Below, piece after piece: positions 54,790 to 64,000 of a stretch of 64,000 bases of DNA (position 1 is the stretch's first letter; every line of letters starts with the position of its first letter). Position numbers and translations under genes: made by a program. The notes under the pieces are model-generated. The model did no database searches and was not told the origin of the DNA. It saw only the letters and a program-made list of their open reading frames with translations. The stretch comes from Chrysomallon squamiferum (lineage: Eukaryota > Animalia > Mollusca). Location of the stretch: positions 17,050,001 to 17,114,000 of the forward strand of contig CM022676.1 in NCBI GenBank assembly GCA_012295275.1. The letters run 5' to 3'.

Positions 54790-57700
54790 TAATATTAACT
54801 TTAACCCTATAGTTTATGAAAATGCGTTCATCTGGACCATTTTATCAACATATTTAAATATGTTAAAACAACGAGTATCAAAGGATAAAAAAAGAAAAAT
54901 AACTATGGTCGTATTCTCCTTGATTTCTCTAGATATATTATGTTTTTCATTTCTGGAACACTAGATGAAGATAGATGTGCTGGGAATATACTTGTCTTTA
55001 GTAGAACATTTTGCCATTTTCTTGATTCTTATTAAATGTCCATAGTCCTAAATGCGAACACGAATACATCCTGAAAACAAAGTAACCAATACCTGAGAAG
55101 GCTCAAAGGAAGTTCCAGGGAAATGATGTAATGAAAAAAGCAAGAATTTTGTTATAACTTAAAAAAAGCAACATCGGAAGTATTTATTAAATGAAATATC
55201 ACAAAACTTACAAAACTACAAGTCTGCGAACGTTTATTCTGAATTTATAAATGATATAGTCTCAGATATAAATGTAATATTTAGAAATGCAGCTAAAGAT
55301 ACGTTTGGAAAGAAACCAACCTATATTACAATAAGCATCATTATAATCAGGTCTGGTTTAACAGAGCTTGCAAAACTGCTAAAAATAGGTCAGGGAAGAG
55401 AGACAAAGATATAAACAATATGGTAGAGGTATACTGAAAGCTAACTTGAAGTACAAAGAGAATCAATTCAAACAAACGCTAAATAGATCAATTAGGGAAC
55501 ATAAACTATCTATTAAATGTAAAATGAAAATGATAAAAAAACGTCAAATCCAATAGAGTACTGGTCAGCTCTTAACAGCAATAAACATTGACTGTCAGAA
55601 GTAGATGTGTGAATTGATTTTTTTTTTTTCAAAACCTTTAATTGTAGCGTTGATGAAAATTGCACACTCAAAGCCAAGAAAGCACTAATGATATTTTGAA
55701 CAACCCTTTTTCAGCCGACGAAATATCTACAGCAGTGATCAACCAGCCGGAGAAGACTTTATTACTTATGAATATATTAATATATACTGTTAATATTATG
55801 TTACCTTTACATGTTCTATTGTTTAACGTTATTCTTCGAACATCAACTGTAACATCTAGTTGGTTGATGGGACGCGTTAAACCAGTATATAAGAATAAAA
55901 GTGCCAGAAGAGACCGAGAAATCTATAGACCTGTTACATTATCAATCTCTTTAGGTAAATTATTTGAATCTGTACTGAATTCTAAATTAAACAAGTACAC
56001 AGATGTTTTTCGTAAACATTTATCCATAGCGCACCACGTATTGTCTTTATAGTCTCTAATTATTTTAATAAACAAATGTAAATAAATTAATAATAATAAC
56101 AACTAAATCAAAAAATAGTAAAATGAAATAAAATAATAAAAATAAGAAAGTATATTTTGCTTTTATAGATTATGAGAAGGCTTTTGATATGTTTTCATAG
56201 TGTTTGTAGAACTTGACTACGGAATAAGTTAATTAGATCTGGTAAAAATAGGAAACGTTTTAATATTTTAGTAAATATCCAATAAAATACTAATGCAAGA
56301 AATTCAGCGAACGGTTTGTTATCTGATTCTGAAATCGGTGTCAGGCAAGGAGAAAATCTGTAGGTATTTTTGTTTTCTACATTACTTAGAGGAGTTTCTT
56401 ATAGACAGTAAGACAAGTGTACCAGAATACATTTTAACAAAGAAAAATGTAATGTTTATTTTAAGCTTTTATTCTACTATATGCTGACATTACAATACTA
56501 TTAGCAAAATCATCCGATGCTTTACAGCATAATCTTAATATTTTTCACAAAACTAAAATAATGACTCTCTATAAACGGAGAAAACTTCGTGTTTATATGT
56601 GTTAGTTCTATGGAGAAAATGTTCATATCACTGATAACTATAGATGGACATAGACATACAAAAAAAAAGTCTATTCACTTACAACGTACATAACAAAGGT
56701 AAATAACAAACCAATGAAAGCTTAACACCATCAGAATAGTTTCTCCATCGATTGTGTACTTGATTTATTTGATAAACTAATGCAACCAATTTTCTTGTGG
56801 AATTACGGTGTTTTATAAGTATACGTTTAATAGAGAAACTCCATTTGAAATTGTATAAGTAGTTATTAAGTGTTAATAAATGTACCCCTGGTTCTATGAT
56901 TTATGGTGAACTGTGACGATATCACCTTCATATTTCTATAAAAATAGGAATAATAACATTTTGGGGAACCTAATTTGCAAAGTCAAAACAAGATTTCCTC
57001 ATAATTATATTATTTAATGGATGTTGTCTTTATTTTTGGAACATATTTATGAAAAATAGTTTGAACGTTCGTTAAAAATACATGTGGACATAACACAATT
57101 TTCATAAAATGGTTACTTCAAACGGTATCCAAAATATTACATCATCGATATCTGCAAATATGGAAAACCTGAAATGTTGTCAAAGTGTATTCATTACAAA
57201 TTATATTAATTAAGAATGTATTGAAATTAGACAATTCTTATAGCTTTGTCAAACGGGTTCTCATATTCTGAAGCGATCATTGCTATACCGATGATTTTTG
57301 AAGCGCTTACTTTGGAGCACTAAGCACAAGATAAAAGTGTAAAGAAATCTGGAATTTTCTGGAACACCACTCTTCATTATCAAGTCTATTGTAATTATCC
57401 GTCAATTTCCGCTTTCTTTACGATGTAACTCATGTCAGTAAAACGCTTTAACACACGTCGCTAAAAAGGGAAGACACTGAAAAACAATCGCTCTAGAGAA
57501 GAGCAGTGTTCAAGAGAATGTTCATGTCTTATGTAAAATTAGAACTCTGATGTTAAACTTGCTGTTAAATCTGGTTTAATATTGTAAGACAAAAGAGAAG
57601 ATATTTGTAATTTTGACAAATTTGTTGATGAATGTCATTATGTATTTAAAAGCGATGATGCGAGAAACGGTCTATCAGACGAATCCAGATATATTTTCAA

Positions 57701-57830
57701 ACAATAATTTGTTTAATATCAAAAATATGTTTACACGTTCATGTTGAAATACCGTTTATGTAACTTATTGGATGAGACTGCAACATATTTTCAGACGAAA
57801 GCGAAAGACCTATTGAAATAAAAAAAAAAA
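54790..57830 (+). mobile_element. Degenerate LINE, duplicate of 11800-14850
   Basis: Same motifs, for example LNNPFSADEISTAV...YRPVTLSISLGKLFESVLN. Confidence 0.8.
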
Positions 57831-59757
57831 AAAAAAAAAATAAATAAATAAATAAATAAAATAAATAGATTTTAAATATATAACATTGCACATCTTTATA
57901 TATTCTAGTGCTATAACTTCAGTTTTTTTCTCGATCTGGTTCTATAGTTATATTTTATGTGTTTATTTCATAAAGATATTTATCTAGTTATATGTTATGG
58001 TTATATCTTCATTGAAAGTGTTGCACTCCTAAGCATACTTCAGCATACAGTGAACAAAATGTACAGAATTCTATGTCATTACTCATTGTAATAGTTACAT
58101 ATAGTTAGTGTCTAGTTTATTTATTTTATTTTCTGATTTTTACTAATAAAGGTAGGTTATTTCTTCCTAATTTCAATCTTTGCTACTTTAAGATCTATAT
58201 ATATATATAGTATTATATATAAAGCGCACTTAATTTTTTTTTTTTTTTAAATGATGTCATAGATCATTATGTAGACAAATACGACATACAGGTGTCTGTG
58301 TGATGTATAACTGATTATACTAAATTGATGGAAGACCATTATGTAGACTGGTTTTGACCAGTGATTTAATTGACGTACTAGTTCGGATGTAAGTCAGTGT
58401 TTAGTTGATTTCTTTGACGTCCGCTAAGTAACGTAATATTTAAATACCACCGACTTGAACACGATAGCCTTGCGATAGATATAAAAAGTGCAGTAAACCT
58501 CGTGAATTTGACTGTTGTTGGAATGCTTAGGACATATTGCTGCTAAAGGCAAGTTAATGTGACAAATGAGATTACACAACTGTTGTTATAAGTAGCGAAA
58601 AGAAATATGTTATAATGTTCATGACTGAGTATTATTTTTATTGTATTTTGTTATGACAACAAATAATAAGACTGTAAACGTATTTTCATCTGTTTTGTGT
58701 TCTGTGGATAATAAATAAGTGGTATTTCAACAATTCTTGTTCTGGGCTCTAGTTTCACATGATCATTATAAATCATTGTCATCAGTTAGATAACATGTCA
58801 AAGACCTAACTTATTTGTTTCTACAAAACATAAATGTCATACACTGTTTCTACCAGAAACAAATTAATCACAATTTTACTAGATATAGTTTAATTAGAAT
58901 CTTACTGGGCATAGTTTAATAACAGTTTTACTAGACATATATTATTCACAATTTTACTAAACAAAGACTAATTAGAATTTTACTGGACAAAATTTAATCA
59001 CAATATAATAGCCACAGCCCTTTGCAGTTTACTACACAGATTAATAACAGTTTCACTAGATACAGTTCATTCACAATTTTAATGAACATAGATTAATTCG
59101 AATTTTACTAAACACAGTTAAGTCACAGTTTCACAAGACACTTGTAGAAGTTTAGTAGACAGAGGTTAATCACAAACTTAATGTACATAGATTAATTAGA
59201 ATATCAAACCAAACATAGTGTAATCACAATTTTACAGATTTATCGCAATTATATGCTGTACAGTATCAGTTAATTGAAAGAAAAACACTATAATTTTAGA
59301 ACATAAAACACTATACAAACATGCACTGTATATTACATTGTCTTGAAGTAAACATAATTCAAGTAATAAACCTGATATAAAACGGATTTGTGCAACAACG
59401 TTTTGGTATGAAAAGCAAAACGTGTGTTTAATCAGCTGTTTTGATTAAAAAAAATTCAATAATAGTGAATAATTGTTATATAATTTCATTTCCTGAATTT
59501 AGCTAGGGTTTTCCAATGTTTAACCTACGCATGTCTGTACGTATATGTGTATATGTAGGAATGAATGAACGTATCTACAACACAGATATATATATATATA
59601 TATGTACATATATGTGTATGTATGTATGTATGTATGTATGTATGTATGTGTGTGTGTGCTTGTACGTATGCATGTGTAAGTATGTGTATATGTACAGGAA
59701 AATTAATAAAATAAATTGTTTCGAAGTTTTAAGTAAACAGATTTATAGAGATATATT

Positions 59758-60638
59758 TTAATATTTTGGTCCGTTATCATCGACTCCAAATACTTCATAC
59801 GGATGCTGTTCAGATGACCCACTTCGTTCTACGTTGTTACCTACACAGAAATACTAAGACATGTATAAACATGTATGTTACGTTTCAGATACAATCATGC
59901 ACACATTAGTACATAAATGTAGAAGAAATAGTCAAAGAAAACCGCATTGATAAACCATAACTAATAAAATGTTCAGATAATTAAAAAGACAAAATATGAA
60001 AAGTGACAGAGTAGCATCACTAGGTTGCTATTTACAACTTGAAAGACAAATACTAATCTATGGCGCTGATAAAACATATCACACTGCAAAATATTAATTT
60101 ACAACAATCTGTATTTATCATAGAAAGATGCTAAATTTAACACTAACATATCTGAAGAGATAATACAAATTAGTTCTACTAATTAATCATGTAATAAAAA
60201 ATAGCCTTAGACGTTCTTAGCCCTGTATATAAATCACAACATTTTATGTCATTACTATTTCATCATATTTTTTCAGTCTTCTATTTCAGGCCCCTTCTTT
60301 ACTTGATCATTTTTTACTTCCTTGTGTACCTTCCATCATTTTTTCCTGATTGCCTTGCTAGGAGTCTTAGTATATACTGAACTTTCAGAAGAGAAAACTG
60401 TTTTTAATAAAGTAAGGCGTATTCAAATAGCTATTAGGAAAAGTTTGCACCTACCCGGTTCAGAAGGAAGATTTTCGTATGTTGGAGACTGCGGTTCTGA
60501 ATCAGTTCTGTGATTTGAAACAGACAAAATGTCTATGTGAATTCTTTTTTTAATTTTAATAACAAAATTTATATAAAGCCTTCTTATAATTTAGAGTCAA
60601 ATGATTTATCTATCTAACTATCTATCAATCTATCTATG

Positions 60639-60680
<42 letters not shown>

Positions 60681-61820
60681 TAATAATATAATAGGAAATA
60701 AACTTCGAAGTTAATTAAAAAGAAATTACCGAACAATGTAATTGTGGATTGTTAGATGATAACATAAAATACACAAAATAGAGAGCATATATACATATCA
60801 TACAGACAGACATCTTAACATACAAAGAATACACTTACTCTTTGGTAGAAAGATAGGAAAACTTAACAGAGAAATTTGAAAGTGACGTTTATAGATACTG
60901 GATTCAACTACAAGTCAGACGAGTTATCTAAATAGAAAACCAGGATCTAGCTAGTGATGGATGTATTCGGTCTCTCTCTTAAAGGTAACTCGGTGCTCAA
61001 ACTTTGAGTTTGAAAGTAGCAAACATCATATCATAACGATTCCATGTTAGTAGATCACCATTATAGAATATAGTTATCACGGAATCTAGTGTAACACATT
61101 TTGGATATGTCAGTCTTTTTCTCACTTCGGGGAAAGATGTATTAATGAATCAGTACATTTAAGATACCTTGAAAACAGTGCAAATTTTCGTTAACACAAC
61201 TGACCACGACGGCCTAGTGTTCCCTTGACCAGAGATATGTCATCTCACCCTTGATCGTTAACAAACAAGAGGTTAACACACAGAAATATTTCAGACACCA
61301 ATCGAGAACTGCTTACATTTAGAGATTCATCGATCATTGAACCTCTGAACTGTGGACGTTAGAATGTCATCTACATTAAAACAGGATAGGATGTTTTATC
61401 AGGAGAGTGTTAACCTTTCATTTGCGTAATAAATATACTCGTGTAAGGACTGAAATGTGTAATCACTGCTGTGAAGGAGGACATATATGCATCCACACAG
61501 GTACCAAACAATTTAAACTGTATTCACCTGTACTGTCAGTTAACATTACCTTTTTTCATACTCATGTTTGTCTTTTCCATTTCCTGAAAAACAAGATTTA
61601 AATGAAAATTGCAGGTGTAAACTAAAAACAAATAATACAAAAATAATAATAATAAAACAAAAAATTACAATTCTAATTTATTGCTAGTAAAGTTCCTAAA
61701 AGTAAAAATGGTTTCCACAAGAGCATAATACAGATGAAGTCATCTGGAAAAAATTATCACAATATTTGTTATATTAAATAAAATAATCGATAAAAATGTC
61801 TGTTATTTTATAATATTAAA

Positions 61821-61862
<42 letters not shown>

Positions 61863-61988
61863 TACAATAATAATAATAATAATAATAAATAAGACTAAGA
61901 TGATAATTCTGAAATTACATATAATTATTATAATTTCTCTTCTTACAAAATGTATTTGTTTTCTTTCAAATTGTATTACTGATACTCA

Positions 61989-62077
<89 letters not shown>

Positions 62078-62293
62078 TACATGTACATAAGCACAGCCAC
62101 ATATACACACAGAAGAAGATGCACTCAAATGCACGTTCGCAGATTACAAATAACACACCAAAGAAACAAAATTATGAACCTTCTTTCAGTCTACGACATA
62201 TGAAAATAGTTCCAATAACAAGAAGAGTTAAGACGAGTGTCCCTGATCCAGATCCAACAGCCACTGCTATCACATTTTCATTACATACTTCAT
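59758..62293 (-). CDS. IgSF receptor copy 3, TM and cytoplasmic exons (5' exons lie beyond the window)
   Basis: Exons 62180-62293 TM (VIAVAVGSGSGTLVLTLLVIGTIFICRRLKE), 61550-61583, 60455-60507 (PTYENL) and 59758-59840 (HPYEVF...KY*); all open with intact splice sites. Confidence 0.75.
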
Positions 62294-64000
62294 CTGAAAA
62301 CAACACTTGTTAAACTGAGTAAAGAAATACTATAGAAAAGTATTAGAATTTGAGACGTGTACACTGTAAGAAAATATAGACTAAATGGGTACATATTATG
62401 CCGCAGTAAATACACAGAAATAAAGCTTACAAAATATGATAGAAAAAAGGAAGGAACAAAAATAAAGGAGCTATAAAAGTGGTGCAAGATTCAACATTTG
62501 TATGAGTCGCCTTATTTCGTCATGGTTAATGTCTGCAACCAAGTAATTAACAATACATCACTTTTGTACAGAGTTCCTCTGTACGCTGTTCTCTGTGCGG
62601 TGGCTGGGGTTAAAAGATTGATTCAGTGTATTTTGTACAAGTATATCAAACATTTTTCCTTGTCACGTCTCAATGGAGGTTACGCGCAACAGTCCCTTGT
62701 TCGAGTTGGTGACTCGTGAATTATATAGAACCAAATAGAGGTCCAACACGAACCAAAAAACTGTTTTTGACTGGACCCTTAAAAAGTCGACATCGAACTT
62801 TCTGATTCACTATCGTCTAACAGTAAGAATCCGTGAACAAAATTTAATAATAATTAAAACAAAACTACATGACTGCACCTTCCAGTATTCTTCCTTATCA
62901 GTTTTACAATCCAGAAGCGAATTGTTGGACAGGCAGGATGTCCGAAGACGGTAATAAAAAATGAGGAACGTATTTTGTGAGTCGAATGCTTGATTTAAAA
63001 ACATGTCAAATGCTTTCTAAAAACAAATATTCTGTGTAACGCGAACCTCACATTGAAAGCGAATTCTTCCCTTAATTCTACCAAGAGAGTGATAAAATCT
63101 CGAGATTTGGCTGGACTTGATAATAACGAAACCATTTATAATTTGTCTCCTTAAGATGTAACATCAGTGAAGAGATTTAACATCGATAGAACAACGAACT
63201 CATTCCAATGAATACACTGATATCAGGTCAGTGTATCTCAGTGACTTGTTCAACTCTACATTCGGAAGGTGACTTTTGTCCTCTGTGGCCAATTAAACGA
63301 TGAAACCAAAGCATGGAAATATGAAACAAAGTAAATATAATAACGTGAATGTGCTACATGGAAAGTTGAGAAAAAGGATCAACTGAGCCTCAGACATTTA
63401 ATTCTTCCAAGAAAAATAACACTGAGTCCTCTGGAGGAAGACATGGATGCAACATATTTGAATGTTTCAGAGAAGAAAAAAAAAAGAAACACAAAGCAAC
63501 AGCAAGAACATCCAAACAGAAGTAAAAATTGAAAATAACAGCCGTATTTTCATCTAATGAATAATTCAGTCACTGAGTGAAATTGCTTTGATAATTTGAG
63601 TCTTAAAGTTGTTAAAATGAGTTATTTGACACTGTGTAAACGGCTGCCAACATAAAATAAAAAATAAGTTTCCAGTTAGAAAAAAAAAGACATGCAACTG
63701 TTTCCAGTCTAACAAGACAAAGCAAATAAAATGATATGATGCACAGCTGTACTAAGTTACATTTTACCTCATTATTAATACACGTACCTGCTGTCAAAAT
63801 ATCCTCTTATCTGTGAAACCTTTAACTCCGTATTTGTTGTAAGCCAGATTAATAGACAAATGCAAAGTAAAAACTTCAGAAACAACTGTGTAATAATTGA
63901 CAATGTCTTTTCAAGTAGATCAGTTTGAAACTACAACTTGAAGGATTCCAAAGTCTGTGATTTGAATGTGTGTTAAACTGTAAAACCCCAAAGCAGATAT

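Larger units (their letters stand above)
53553..64000 (+). repeat. Segmental duplication of about 10481-20880 (offset about 43.1 kb)
   Basis: Collinear near-identity including the LINE, the minisatellite and the receptor 3' exons. Confidence 0.95.

Overview
Very AT-rich, microsatellite-laden animal genomic DNA with spliceosomal introns, most likely a mollusc or other lophotrochozoan (inferred from the domain types). The window is dominated by a tandem segmental duplication of a head-to-head gene pair. On the minus strand is an immunoglobulin-superfamily type I membrane receptor: signal peptide, two cysteine-rich Ig-like domains, S/T stalk, TM and a tail with three Tyr motifs. On the plus strand is a secreted protein with two peritrophin-A-like chitin-binding domains separated by an N/D/T-rich 9-aa repeat. 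A strong CTCF-like motif lies between the two genes. Copy 1 (receptor 5' half plus chitin-binding gene) is at about 0.2-9.2 kb, copy 2 at about 10.5-30.3 kb, and the 3' half of a third receptor copy follows a 200-N gap (53.55-64 kb); an orphan, more diverged signal-peptide exon is at 36.6 kb. The interval 30-53 kb holds a decayed ISL2EU/Harbinger-type transposon (transposase plus YqaJ ORF) abutting intron-containing PCSK7 pseudo-exons, a ~40-bp satellite, a parvovirus-like HUH/SF3-helicase endogenous viral element and a long inverted repeat with tRNA-like boxes. Gene models were built by hand from splice signals and reading-frame phase; none has been checked against transcripts or databases.
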